From assembly GCA_963555995.3 (NCBI GenBank), contig OY821641.1:64001-128000 (forward strand): a DNA stretch of 64,000 nt, read 5' to 3'. Position 1 is the stretch's first letter; each line of letters opens with the position of its first letter. The position numbers and the translations under genes were made by a program. The stretch comes from Vicinamibacteria bacterium. Its GTDB lineage: Bacteria; Acidobacteriota; Vicinamibacteria; Marinacidobacterales; Marinacidobacteraceae. Shown here one piece after another: positions 20,570 through 30,370 of this stretch. The notes under the pieces are model-generated. The model saw only the letters and a program-made list of their open reading frames with translations. It did no database searches and was not told the DNA's origin.

Positions 20570-21715
20570 ATGAAGAAAAAGGCCAGACGGTCGGCCAAGA
20601 AGAAAACGCGCAGGAAGGTCGCTGCGCGTGTGGCGTCGCGTACAGGCGCCACCCGAAAGAAAGTCTCGCGCAAGAAGGCAACGCGTAAGCGGTTGACGCG
20701 CACCGCGACGGCGCGCAAGGCAACGCGCAAGAAGGCAGCGCGCAAGAAAGTGACCCGGAGGAAGGTGTCGCGCAAGAAAGCCACCCGCAAGAAGGTGACC
20801 CGGAAGAAGGCGACCCGGAAGAAGGCGTCCCGAAAGAAAGTGACTCGCAAGAAGGCCACTCGGAAGAAGGCGACCCGCAAGAAAGCGTCCCGGAAGAAAG
20901 CCACCCGAAAGAAGGCCACGCGCAAGAAGGCATCCCGGAAGAAGGCATCCCGGAAGAAAGCCACCCGAAAGAAGGCCACGCGGAAGAAGGCGACCCGAAA
21001 GAAGACCACGCGCAAGAAGGCGTCCCGGAAGAAGGTGACCCGGAAGAAGGTGACCCGGAAGAAGGCGACCCGCAAGAAGGCGTCCCGGAAGAAAGCCACC
21101 CGCAAGAAGGCGACCCGCAAGAAGGCATCCCGGAAGAAGGCGACCCGCAAGAAGGCGTCCCGGAAGAAAGCCACCCGCAAGAAGGCGACCCGCAAGAAGG
21201 CATCCCGGAAGAAGGCGACCCGAAAGAAGGCCACGCGCAAGAAGGCGTCCCGGAAGAAGGTGACCCGGAAGAAGGTGACCCGCAAGAAGGCGTCCCGGAA
21301 GAAAGCCACCCGGAAGAAAGCCACCCGGAAGAAAGCCACCCGGAAGAAGGCGACCCGGAAGAAGGCCACGCGGAAGAAGGCGTCCCGGAAGAAAGCCACC
21401 CGGAAGAAGGCGACCCGGAAGAAGGCCACGCGGAAGAAGGCGTCCCGGAAGAAAGCCACCCGGAAGAAGGCGACCCGGAAGAAGGCGACCCGGAAGAAGG
21501 CGACCCGCAAGAAGGCGACCCGCAAGAAGGCGACCCGCAAGAAGGCATCCCGGAAGAAAGCCACCCGCAAGAAGGCGACCCGCAAGAAGGCGACTCGAAA
21601 GAAGGCGACTCGCAAGAAGGCGACCCGGAAGAAGGCCACCCGCGCCGCCGCGGCGCCGCCCGAGCCCCCCGCGGTGACCTCACCTCCGGCGCCGGAACCG
21701 GCCGCCTCTTCCTAG
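20570..21715 (+). CDS. Histone H1/Hc2/protamine-like, extremely basic pentapeptide-repeat protein
   Basis: 381 aa with about 65 RKK[A/V][T/S] units and a Pro/Ala tail. Codons vary synonymously between units. RBS and promoter candidate upstream. Confidence 0.8.
   Translation: MKKKARRSAKKKTRRKVAARVASRTGATRKKVSRKKATRKRLTRTATARKATRKKAARKKVTRRKVSRKKATRKKVTRKKATRKKASRKKVTRKKATRKKATRKKASRKKATRKKATRKKASRKKASRKKATRKKATRKKATRKKTTRKKASRKKVTRKKVTRKKATRKKASRKKATRKKATRKKASRKKATRKKASRKKATRKKATRKKASRKKATRKKATRKKASRKKVTRKKVTRKKASRKKATRKKATRKKATRKKATRKKATRKKASRKKATRKKATRKKATRKKASRKKATRKKATRKKATRKKATRKKATRKKATRKKASRKKATRKKATRKKATRKKATRKKATRKKATRAAAAPPEPPAVTSPPAPEPAASS
20654..21640 (+). repeat. 15-bp coding tandem repeat (CGN AAG AAR GYN WCN)
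   Basis: Directly visible, about 65 units. Confidence 0.95.
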
Positions 21716-21903
21716 CCGGTTCCGCCCGGACCAGCCGGCGGGCCGCGCTTCGCCGCCGGGATGCAGGGGTCCGCCCCCCGATGGAACCGGGGTCGGCGCC
21801 ACCGGTCTCGGGGTCGTTTCGAGGCCGGTCCCTATGCTAAATTCTTCGGCCCGCTACCCGCGATTTCCACAACTTCCACTGCTTCGGGGAGGAGAGTTCC
21901 GCC

Positions 21904-23292
21904 GTGCGTTTCCACTGTCCGCCATCCACCAAGGGCGCCAGCCGCTGGCGTCGCAGCATCGTCGTCGCCGGATTCTGCCTGGCTCTCACCGCCAGCGCCT
22001 GCGGCGGGCCGGACATCGGCGTTACCGGGGAGGAAATCCGCCTGGGCAGTTTCGCTCCGCTGACGGGACCCTATGCGGCGCTTGGCAACGTCGGGCGCTC
22101 GATGGCCGCCTACTTCGAGTGGCTCAACGATCAGGGGGGCATCCACGGCCGCATGGTCCATCTGAGTCTCAAGGACGATCAGGGAGATCCCGAGCGGACT
22201 CCGGCCCTCGTTGAGGAACTGTTGCGGGAGGAGCAGGTCTTCGCGATGGTGGGCGGGATGAGCAGCGCCAACACCCTCGCGGTCCGGGAAGCGGTGGGTT
22301 TGCGGCTGGTGCCCTGGGTGAATCCCGGCTCCAGCGCACGGGAGTGGACAGACCCGCTCGACGCCTACATCTTCTCCATTCTGCCCACCTCCGTTACCGC
22401 GGCGCAGGTTCTGGCCCGCTACGCGATGAGTGAACTGGGGGTGAACCGGATCGCCTCGCTGGCGGAAGACACCCCCTTCGGGATCCAGGGGCAGGAGGGC
22501 TACCGGCTGGGTGTCCGGCGCTTCTACGAGCAGGTGGCGGACGCGCTTCCGGAAGGCGTGGAGGTGCGCTACGCGCGGATCTCCAGCCGTCCCCGGCGCC
22601 CGCGGACCGAGGACCCCACCAGCGAGGGATGGCACGAGTACCCGACCGGAGGCGAAGGGGTCCTGTGGCGGGTCCAGCGGGTTGACGGCGGCCGTTGGGG
22701 CCGGCCCGAGGCTGCTCCGGAAGACGTCGGGATGCGTCGCAGCCCGAAGGAAGGCGGCGGCATGGAAGCTGCCCTCGCCGAGTTCAAGGAAAAGCAGGCC
22801 GGGGCGATTCTCATCTGGGGCGTCGCCGAGTACGGCGCCGAGGTCGTGAAGGCGATCGCCGCCGATCCGGACTGGAATCCGATCCTGCTCGGTGGGTTCG
22901 CGATGGCCGATACGGCGATGATCGATCTCGCGGGCGAGGCGTTCGAGGGAGCGATCGTGGCCTCGACCACCCCCGACCTCTCGGTTGATTCGGACTCCAC
23001 CCGCCTCGTGAAGCAGATTCTCGCCGACTACGCGCCCGACGTGCCGTTCGGCGACTACGCCATGCTGGGAATGGCCTGGGCTCAACTGGCTCACGAGGGC
23101 ATGGAACGGGCCGGAGAGGACCTCAGGCGCATCAACCTCATTCGCGCCCTCGAAACCATTGACAACTGGCAGGGCCTGCTGGGTCATCCCGTGACGTTCT
23201 CCGACGAGAGTCACCTCGGTTTCGACGCGGTGACGCTGAAGCGCGTCGAGGACGGCGAGTTCGTCGCCATCACCGGCTGGCTCTCGGAGTAG
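21904..23292 (+). CDS. Leu/Ile/Val-type periplasmic binding lipoprotein with a large insertion
   Basis: Lipobox ALTASAC, PLTGPYA, NDQGGIHGR, DDQGDP, C-terminal GHPVTFS. Confidence 0.8.
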   Translation: MRFHCPPSTKGASRWRRSIVVAGFCLALTASACGGPDIGVTGEEIRLGSFAPLTGPYAALGNVGRSMAAYFEWLNDQGGIHGRMVHLSLKDDQGDPERTPALVEELLREEQVFAMVGGMSSANTLAVREAVGLRLVPWVNPGSSAREWTDPLDAYIFSILPTSVTAAQVLARYAMSELGVNRIASLAEDTPFGIQGQEGYRLGVRRFYEQVADALPEGVEVRYARISSRPRRPRTEDPTSEGWHEYPTGGEGVLWRVQRVDGGRWGRPEAAPEDVGMRRSPKEGGGMEAALAEFKEKQAGAILIWGVAEYGAEVVKAIAADPDWNPILLGGFAMADTAMIDLAGEAFEGAIVASTTPDLSVDSDSTRLVKQILADYAPDVPFGDYAMLGMAWAQLAHEGMERAGEDLRRINLIRALETIDNWQGLLGHPVTFSDESHLGFDAVTLKRVEDGEFVAITGWLSE

Positions 23293-23322
23293 TCCGAACC
23301 CGCGCGCGCCTTGGTGGCCCGG

Positions 23323-23490
23323 CGGCTTGGAACGCCGGCTTCAGCCGGCACAGCGGCCCGCAGGGCCGCGGGCGGTTCGTCGCTACCCCGGGCCCAGTGG
23401 CGCGCGCAGCCGCGCCATCTCGGGGCGTGAGGTCCTTCCCGCCGCCCGCCTCCGGCGGGCTGTGCCGGCTGAAGCCGGCGTTCCAAGCCG
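23323..23490. repeat. REP doublet (REPIN-like) between convergent genes
   Basis: CGGCTTGGAACGCCGGCTTCAGCCGGCACAGC and its reverse complement. Confidence 0.85.
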
Positions 23491-23548
23491 GTGGCGCCAT
23501 CCGGGCTGGTGGCCAACGCCGCACGGGCGCACTCTCACAGCAACTGAC

Positions 23549-23584
23549 CGCTCTCGGCGCTCACGCGGGTTTGTCCACAGGCTC
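23549..23584 (-). mobile_element. MITE A terminal remnant overlapping the livF 3' end
   Basis: CGCTCTCGGCGCTCACGCGGGTTTGTCCACAGGCT matches one MITE A end and contains the livF stop. Confidence 0.6.
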
Positions 23585-24328
23585 CTGAACCCCGGTCCCC
23601 GGGGATCCGGCGCCTGCCGTTCGTCCGAGATACGCCTGGCGCACCTGCGGGTCGTCGAGCAGTTCCTCTCCGCTTCCCTGGCGGACGATCCTGCCGCCTT
23701 CGAGGACGTAGGCGCGTTCCGCGATCTCGAGCGCGCGCACCACGTTCTGCTCGACGAGCAGCACCGCCACCCCGTCCCTGCGGATCGCCTGGATGGTGTC
23801 GAACACGGTGTCCACCACCCGGGGCGACAGCCCCAGTGACGGTTCGTCCATCAGCAGGAGCTTCGGCGAGGCCATGAGCGCCCGGCCGATCGCGGCCATC
23901 TGGCGTTCTCCTCCGGAAAGGGTGCCCGCCAGTTGTCCGGCCCGCTCGGCGAGCCGCGGCAGGAGTTCGAAGACGGTGTCCAGCCGCTCGGCCGGGGAGC
24001 CCTTCCGGCGGACGGCGTAGGCGCCCAGCCGCAGGTTCTCGGCCACCGTCATTTCGGGCCAGATCCGGCTCCCTTCGGGTACGTGCGCGATGCCGGCCTC
24101 GACGACCCGCGTCGAAGAGGCGCCCACCATGGAGCGTCCGTCGAACCGGATCTCACCGGACTCCGGTCGGGACAGATCGCTGATCGCGCGGAGCGTGGTC
24201 GTCTTGCCGGCGCCGTTCGCCCCGAGCAGGGCCACCACTTCCCGCCGGTCCACCTCGAAGCTGACCCCGCGGAGCGCCGGCACGCCGCCGCGGCGGACCT
24301 TCAGGTCGCGAACCTCCAGAAGACTCAT
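23561..24328 (-). CDS. livF: Branched-chain amino acid ABC ATPase
   Basis: GANGAGKTT, LSGGERQM, DEPSLGL, LLVEQN. Confidence 0.9.
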   Translation of the reverse strand: MSLLEVRDLKVRRGGVPALRGVSFEVDRREVVALLGANGAGKTTTLRAISDLSRPESGEIRFDGRSMVGASSTRVVEAGIAHVPEGSRIWPEMTVAENLRLGAYAVRRKGSPAERLDTVFELLPRLAERAGQLAGTLSGGERQMAAIGRALMASPKLLLMDEPSLGLSPRVVDTVFDTIQAIRRDGVAVLLVEQNVVRALEIAERAYVLEGGRIVRQGSGEELLDDPQVRQAYLGRTAGAGSPGTGVQEPVDKPA

Positions 24329-24341
24329 CGGCGCAACCCCC

Positions 24342-25088
24342 TCACGCCCCGGCGGACCGGCCCAGATACGCCTCGATCACCGCGGGATCCCGGGTCACCT
24401 CCTCCGGGGTGCCGATGGCGATGGTGGCGCCGTGGTCGAGCACGTGGACGCGGTGGGAGATGTCCATGACCGCCTCCATGACGTGTTCGACGTAGATGAT
24501 GCCGATCCCGCTCGCGTGAACCTCCCGGAGGATCCCGACCGTTTCCCGGACCTCCGTGGGATTGAGCCCGGCGGCGACCTCGTCCACCAGCAGCACCCGG
24601 GGCCGGGTGGCGAGCGCGCGGGCGAGGTCGAGCCGCTTCCGTTCGGCCAGATTCAGCGAATGGACGGGCGCGTTCCGTCGGGGCTCGAGCCGCGTCAGGG
24701 CGACGCATCGGTCGGCCGTCTCGGAAGCGGAGGTCCCGGGGACCCGCCGCCCGAACTGCGCCCCCACGAGGACGCTTTCGAACGCGGTCATGGCCAGGAA
24801 GGGGCGCGGAACCTGAAAGGTGCGGGCGAGCCCCAGCCGGCAGATCCGGTGGGCGGGGAGCCGGTGGATTTCCCGCCCCTCGAGGAGGATCTCCCCGGAA
24901 TCGGGAGCGAACTGCCCGCTGAGGAGGTTGAAGAGCGTCGTCTTGCCGGCGCCGTTCGGACCGATGAGACCGAGGATCTCCCCTTCCCGCAGCGTCAGGT
25001 CGAGCCGGTGCACTGCCGTGAGGCCCCCGAAGCGCTTGACGACCCCGCGTGCTTCGACCAGGGCCGAGCCCGCGTCCGGCCCGCTCAA
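24342..25088 (-). CDS. livG: Branched-chain amino acid ABC ATPase
   Basis: FGGLTAV, GPNGAGKTT, ARTFQ, DEVAAGLN, VIEAYLG. TTG start overlaps the livM stop. Confidence 0.9.
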   Translation of the reverse strand: MSGPDAGSALVEARGVVKRFGGLTAVHRLDLTLREGEILGLIGPNGAGKTTLFNLLSGQFAPDSGEILLEGREIHRLPAHRICRLGLARTFQVPRPFLAMTAFESVLVGAQFGRRVPGTSASETADRCVALTRLEPRRNAPVHSLNLAERKRLDLARALATRPRVLLVDEVAAGLNPTEVRETVGILREVHASGIGIIYVEHVMEAVMDISHRVHVLDHGATIAIGTPEEVTRDPAVIEAYLGRSAGA

Positions 25089-26026
25089 GAGGCCCTCCTG
25101 CGGATCAGCCTCACGAACTGGGCGAGGCGCGGCGCCGCCCCCCGCGGTTCCAGCAGGATGATGAAGATGAGCAGCGCCCCGAACGCCGCGAGGTGGATGT
25201 CCGCGAGACTGGCGAGCACGAACTGCTCGAGGAAGAGGTAGATCCCGGCGCCCAGCACCGGCCCCATCACGGTGCCGATCCCGCCCACCAGCACCATGAG
25301 CACCAGGCTGATCGAGAGATCGAAGCCGAACACCTTCTCCGGGACGATGTAGAGGGTGAACACCGCGTAGTAGCTGCCGGCGAGCCCGGTCAGGGCGGCA
25401 GTGATGGCGAAGACCGTGACCTGTTGCCGGGCGACGTTGACGCCGGAAGCGGCGGCGGCCTGTGCGTCCTCGCGGAGCGCGATCAGTCCGAGCCCTAGAC
25501 GCGAACGCCGCACCGCGGCGCTGACGAGTACCGCTGCCACGGCGAGGACGGCCCCGAGCGCGTAGAGCAGGACCGGCCCCAGGTCCTGCTCGAGCGGCAG
25601 CGTGAGGCCCGAAGCGCCGCCGGCCGCCTCGATGTGGTTCGCCACGATCCGCGTTGCTTCCGCCACCCCGATCGTGGCGATGGCGAAATAGGGCCCGCGG
25701 AGGCGGAGGCAGGGCCATCCCCAGGCGACCCCGTAGAGCGCCGCGAGAACGGCGGCCGCCGGCATGGTCAGAAAGGGGTGAAAGCCGGCCAGCCACAGCA
25801 TGGAGGTGGCGTAGGCGCCCACCCCGAAGAGCGACGCGTTGCCGAACGAGATCTGCCCGGCGAAGCCCCCCACCAGGTTCCAGGCGCTGGCCAGCAGGAC
25901 GTTCAGGAACAGGAGCTGCGCGAGCCGCGAGCTGTAGGGATTGGCGAGCAGCAGCGGGGCGATCAGCGCCAGTCCGGCCAGCGCCCCCAGGCCGAGAAGG
26001 AGGTGGCGCCGGGCGAACGAAGACAT
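25085..26026 (-). CDS. livM: Branched-chain amino acid ABC permease
   Basis: WNLVGGFAGQISFG, RLRGPYFAIAT, GGIGTVMGP. Confidence 0.88.
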   Translation of the reverse strand: MSSFARRHLLLGLGALAGLALIAPLLLANPYSSRLAQLLFLNVLLASAWNLVGGFAGQISFGNASLFGVGAYATSMLWLAGFHPFLTMPAAAVLAALYGVAWGWPCLRLRGPYFAIATIGVAEATRIVANHIEAAGGASGLTLPLEQDLGPVLLYALGAVLAVAAVLVSAAVRRSRLGLGLIALREDAQAAAASGVNVARQQVTVFAITAALTGLAGSYYAVFTLYIVPEKVFGFDLSISLVLMVLVGGIGTVMGPVLGAGIYLFLEQFVLASLADIHLAAFGALLIFIILLEPRGAAPRLAQFVRLIRRRAS

Positions 26027-26028
26027 CG

Positions 26029-26880
26029 TCAATCCGAATCGGCCCGGCGCATCACGAGCGCCGCGGTCAGGACCAGGAAACTCACCACGTCCCGGTAGCC
26101 CGTGTGGATGTAGAAGGCGGTCAGGTCTTCGGCGATGCCGAGCCCGATGCCGGCGACCAGGATGCCGCCGATGTTGGTGAGTCCGCCCAGCACGACGACG
26201 CAGAAGCTCTTCAGGAGGAAGCGGGCGCCGAACTCGGGGGTGACCGAGTAGAACAGCGACATCAGGCTTCCCGCGGACATCGCCAGCGCGGAACCGATGC
26301 CGAAGGCGACGGCCCACACCCGGTTCACCGGCACTCCGGACAGCGCTGCCGCTTCGCGGTCCTGAGCCACCGCGCGCAGCGCGAGACCCGACCAGGTCCG
26401 CTTCAGCATGAGGGCCAGCACCACGAAGCCGAGCAGCGAGAAGGCGGACACGATCAGCCGCGGGATGCTCAACGTCAGCGGCCCGACCGCCAGCGACTCG
26501 AGCGAATAGGACGTCAGGAGCGACCGGTCGGCCCCGCCGAAGATGAGGTACAGCGCGTTGCGGACGATCAGCCACACCCCGAACAGCAGGAGGAGGGTGG
26601 TGACCGGCGGGCTGTCCCGGAGGCGGAACACCAGGGTCCGCTCCACGGTGGCCCCCAGCGCGAAGCCCAGGGGAACGGTGATCAGGATGGAGACGAGCGG
26701 GTCCATTCCGAACGTCGTGTTGAGCCACCAGGTCACGTACACGCCGAGGGTCAGGAACGCCCCGTGCGCGAGGTTGACGACCCGCAGGACGCCGTAGATC
26801 AGGCCGAGCCCGTACGCCATGTAGGCGTAGACCGTGCCCACCAGGATCCCGGACGCCAGGACGGAGAGGAGGTCAACCAC
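26029..26880 (-). CDS. livH: Branched-chain amino acid ABC permease
   Basis: GLGLIYGVLRVVNLAHG, GLALRAVAQD, VVLGGL. Confidence 0.88.
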   Translation of the reverse strand: MVDLLSVLASGILVGTVYAYMAYGLGLIYGVLRVVNLAHGAFLTLGVYVTWWLNTTFGMDPLVSILITVPLGFALGATVERTLVFRLRDSPPVTTLLLLFGVWLIVRNALYLIFGGADRSLLTSYSLESLAVGPLTLSIPRLIVSAFSLLGFVVLALMLKRTWSGLALRAVAQDREAAALSGVPVNRVWAVAFGIGSALAMSAGSLMSLFYSVTPEFGARFLLKSFCVVVLGGLTNIGGILVAGIGLGIAEDLTAFYIHTGYRDVVSFLVLTAALVMRRADSD

Positions 26881-27046
26881 GGTGCGGGTTCGTCAGTCGG
26901 CGCGCCTCTTGCCATCGAGGTCCCACCCGGGCCGCCGCCGGGCGGTCGTCGCAGGGTCGCTCCATCGCAGTCCGGCCTGGAGCGCCACGTGGAGCGCCTA
27001 TCCCTGCTTCAAGGTTCTTGGCATGGGGCCGCAGGACGTCGCCGTG

Positions 27047-28294
27047 TCAGCTTCCGAGGTAGGCGGGTCCCTCCGCCGCGTCCGGCGGGAAGACGATGCG
27101 GACCCCTCCCTCCGGCCGGTTCTGAACGATGACGCAGCGGTTCTCGATCTGGAGGCGGCTCTCTTCCGGGAAATACAGCCTGCCGCCCGGAAGCAGGGAG
27201 TCGTCCAGCTCGAGGTTCGCGAGGGCGTCCCGGATCGTCTCCGGCTCCGTGGAGCCCGCGTTCCCGATGGCGGCGATCAGCGCCCGGGCCGCTTCGTAGG
27301 CGACCGCCGGGTAGTACTCGGTGACCGGTCCGCCGAACTGCGCCTCGTACCGTTCGACGAAGTGCCGCGAGCGCTCGTAGGGCAGCGCCCGGGTCCACCA
27401 CTGCGCCGAAACCAGGTGGGAAACCGCTTCGCCGAGGCCCTCGCGAACCGAGCGCTCCGGGCCGCGCGCTCCGTAGCTCACCGCGATGTGCCCGAGTCCC
27501 TGTTCCACGTAGGCGCGGTGTTGCAGCAGGAAATCGGGCTCGTGGGCGTCCGACAGGAACACGTCGGCTTCGACCGAACGCACCTTCACGATCAGCGAGG
27601 TGTGGTCGCTCGAGAGGTGTTCGAACGATTCGTCGAGGACGAGCTCGAACCGGTCGGCCTGCCCTTCGATGACGTCGTGAACGCCGGTCCGGTATTCGCG
27701 GCCGTGGTCGGTGTTCTGCCACACCATCGCCACCCGGAGCGGTTTGGGGAGGCGATCCTGGTCCTGTTCCCACATCAGCCATTCGAGCGTCGTGCTCGCC
27801 AGCGACTCCACCGGGCTGAGCGCCCCGAAGACCCACTGGTTCCCTTCGCGGAAGATGGACTTCGACGCTCCCCCGGCATTCACGAAGGGGACTCCGCGGC
27901 GCATCGGCACGATGACCTGGGCCTGGACGAGCGGGGTGGAATACCCCGAGAGGAGGGCGACGGCGCCGTCCACGGCGATCAGCCGCTCCAGGAGGCTCGG
28001 CGAGATGGAGGCGTCGCTCTTGTCGTCGTAGACGCGCAGCTCGATCGGGCGCCGGACTCCGGCGATCTCCACGCCGCCCGCCGCGTTCGCCTCCTCGACG
28101 GCGAGCTGGTAGCCGTCCCGGAAGAACCCGCCGACGTTCGCGTGCTTGCCGCTCAGCGGGAGCGCCGCCCCGATGCGGATCGCGTCGCCACCGCCTCCCG
28201 AACAGGCCGGAAGACCCACGCACAGCACAAGACCGAGAACGGGAAACCAGCGAGAGCGGGAGTCGGGAGACATGGCGGCAGCCGCGGGAGGCAA
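27047..28294 (-). CDS. Branched-chain amino acid ABC substrate-binding lipoprotein
   Basis: Lipobox LPAC, IGAALPLSG, NAAGG, YDDKSD. First gene of the liv operon. Confidence 0.85.
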   Translation of the reverse strand: MPPAAAAMSPDSRSRWFPVLGLVLCVGLPACSGGGGDAIRIGAALPLSGKHANVGGFFRDGYQLAVEEANAAGGVEIAGVRRPIELRVYDDKSDASISPSLLERLIAVDGAVALLSGYSTPLVQAQVIVPMRRGVPFVNAGGASKSIFREGNQWVFGALSPVESLASTTLEWLMWEQDQDRLPKPLRVAMVWQNTDHGREYRTGVHDVIEGQADRFELVLDESFEHLSSDHTSLIVKVRSVEADVFLSDAHEPDFLLQHRAYVEQGLGHIAVSYGARGPERSVREGLGEAVSHLVSAQWWTRALPYERSRHFVERYEAQFGGPVTEYYPAVAYEAARALIAAIGNAGSTEPETIRDALANLELDDSLLPGGRLYFPEESRLQIENRCVIVQNRPEGGVRIVFPPDAAEGPAYLGS

Positions 28295-28388
28295 CCCGGA
28301 ATTCTACCAAGGCCGCGCTTGTCCGGCGCACCGATCTGGCGCCTCCTTCCGGCCGCCGCCCGGACCCGGCTCTAAAATCGCGTCCCCC

Positions 28389-29225
28389 ATGCCCAGCCGC
28401 GAGAAGCAGCACCGCGAGGCCGGGATTCCGGCGATGGAGGTCCTGCGGATCCGGGACATCCGGCTGCACGAGGAAGTGGACCTCGCCCGGGTGGCGGCGC
28501 TGATCGAACGGCTGGGTTCCGACGGGATCCTCCGGAATCCTCCCATCGTCGCGCGCCTCGACGACGGCCGCCGGCTGCTCCTTGACGGCGCGAACCGGAT
28601 CGAGGCCCTGCGGCGCCTGGGCATGCGGCATGCCCTCGTGCAGACCGAGACCTTCGGGGATGAGACCCTGGGGTTGGCGCACTGGAACCACGTGATCCGC
28701 GGCCGGCACGCGGCGCAGATCCTCGAGGATCCGCCGGCGGCCACCCGGTTCCAGCGCCCCGGCGAGCCGCCCGGCCCGGAGGAACAGCCCCTTTGCCGTC
28801 TCTGGTCGCCCGCCGGAGCGGCGACGGTGCTGCTGGGCCATCCCGGTCCTCGGGAGCGGGCGGCGGCGCTCCGCGAGCTCTGCACGCGCTACACGCATCC
28901 GCGCGCCCGGCTCGCCCGGATTGCGCACCGGAACCTCGACGAGGTCCGGTCCGCCTACCCCGAGTTCGGCGGACTGCTGGAGTATGCCGACATTTCGAAG
29001 GATCAGGTGCTCGCCACGACCGAGGCCGGCGAACGGTTGCCGTCGGGGATCACCCGGTTCCTGGTTCCCCGGCGCGTCCTGGGTTTCAACCTTCCGCTGT
29101 CGTTCCTGGAGACGGACCTCCCGCTGGACGAGAAGCGCCGCCGCCTCGACGACCTGGTGGCCGCCCGCTTCGAGACCGGGCGGGTCCGCTACTACGCGGA
29201 GCCGGCGTTCGTTTTCGACGACTAG
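28389..29225 (+). CDS. SbnI/SerK-like free L-serine kinase (ParB/Srx fold)
   Basis: IRLHEE...ILRNPPIV...LLDGANRIEAL and a C-terminal LPSGITRFLV..R.L...LPL, both resembling S. aureus SbnI. Confidence 0.7.
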   Translation: MPSREKQHREAGIPAMEVLRIRDIRLHEEVDLARVAALIERLGSDGILRNPPIVARLDDGRRLLLDGANRIEALRRLGMRHALVQTETFGDETLGLAHWNHVIRGRHAAQILEDPPAATRFQRPGEPPGPEEQPLCRLWSPAGAATVLLGHPGPRERAAALRELCTRYTHPRARLARIAHRNLDEVRSAYPEFGGLLEYADISKDQVLATTEAGERLPSGITRFLVPRRVLGFNLPLSFLETDLPLDEKRRRLDDLVAARFETGRVRYYAEPAFVFDD

Positions 29226-29316
29226 CCGGGGCGCCGCCCCGCGTCCGCGCGCCGGCCTCCGGCTGCGAGACACCCATGATCGCACCCCGCTGGTCATGAA
29301 GACGGCGGAAATGGCC

Positions 29317-29474
29317 TGGAGCGCCGGCTTCAGCCGGCACCCGCTGCGCGAAGCGCAGCGGATGGCACAACGCTGGCGCGCCCGACGGCGTTGGCTCTCC
29401 GTCCATCACCGCGCACAGCGGCACGACATCCGCGAGCCTTCGGCTCGCTGTGCCGGCTGAAGCCGGCGTTCCAA
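29317..29474. repeat. REP doublet (REPIN-like)
   Basis: TGGAGCGCCGGCTTCAGCCGGCAC ... GTGCCGGCTGAAGCCGGCGTTCCAA. The inner arm is shared with 2102-2264. Confidence 0.85.
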
Positions 29475-29610
29475 GCCGGCACCGCCATCTCGACGGACAC
29501 CGGTTCGCCGAAACTGCATTTTCACAACAACCGGCCGCTCTCGGGGCTCAGGTGGGTTTCACCACCGGCTGTTGTACGATTTTTGACCGCACCGCACACA
29601 GGAGAAATCG

Positions 29611-30360
29611 TTGTCGGGACACAGCAAATGGCACTCGATCCGCCACAAGAAGGCGATCGTGGATGCGAAACGCGGCAAGGCGTTCACCCGGCTGCTCAAG
29701 GAGGTCACCATGGCCGCCCGCCTCGGCGGCGGCGACCAGCAGTTCAACCCGAGGCTGCGGCTGGCAGTCGAGAAGGCAAAGGCCGGGAACGTTCCCCGCG
29801 ACAACATTGACCGCGCCATCAAGAAGGGCACCGGCGACCTCCCCGGATTCCGGCTGGAGGACGCCAGCTACGAGGGCTACGCGGCGGGCGGGGTGGCCGT
29901 CTTCGTCCAGGCGGCGACCGACAACCGGAACCGCACCGTCAGCGACGTCCGCCACCTGTTCTCCAAGTACGGCGGGAACCTGGGGGAAAGCGGCTCTGTC
30001 AACTGGATGTTCGAAAAGGCCGGCCAGTTCCTGGTGCCCAAGGACCAGGCCTCCGAGGACGACCTGATTGACCTGGTCCTGTCGAGCGGCGGCAGCGACG
30101 TGCTCGAGGACGGCGAGCACTGGGACCTCCGTTGCCCGCCGGAGGCGTTCGGGGCCGTCAGGGACGCGCTCGGGTCGAGCGGGATCCAGTGCGACAGCGA
30201 GGAGATCGCCATGCTCGCGACCCAGCACGTCCGGGTCGCCGGCGGGGAAGCCCAGCGGGTCCTCAAGCTCATGGAGGCGCTGGAAGACCACGAGGACGTG
30301 ACCGGCGTGTGGGCGAACTTCGACATGGACGACGAAGAGCTGGACGCGGCCGCGTCCTGA
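29611..30360 (+). CDS. yebC: YebC/PmpR family protein
   Basis: MSGHSKW, NPRLR, YEGY, TDNRNRT. Confidence 0.95.
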   Translation: MSGHSKWHSIRHKKAIVDAKRGKAFTRLLKEVTMAARLGGGDQQFNPRLRLAVEKAKAGNVPRDNIDRAIKKGTGDLPGFRLEDASYEGYAAGGVAVFVQAATDNRNRTVSDVRHLFSKYGGNLGESGSVNWMFEKAGQFLVPKDQASEDDLIDLVLSSGGSDVLEDGEHWDLRCPPEAFGAVRDALGSSGIQCDSEEIAMLATQHVRVAGGEAQRVLKLMEALEDHEDVTGVWANFDMDDEELDAAAS

Positions 30361-30370
30361 CTGGCTCCCC

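Noticed and set aside
20311-21683. Long minus-strand ORFs (RVAFF and SGSPS repeats)
   Set aside because: Antisense shadows of the 15-bp repeat. Variation is synonymous only in the plus-strand RKKAT frame, which also has the RBS and promoter.
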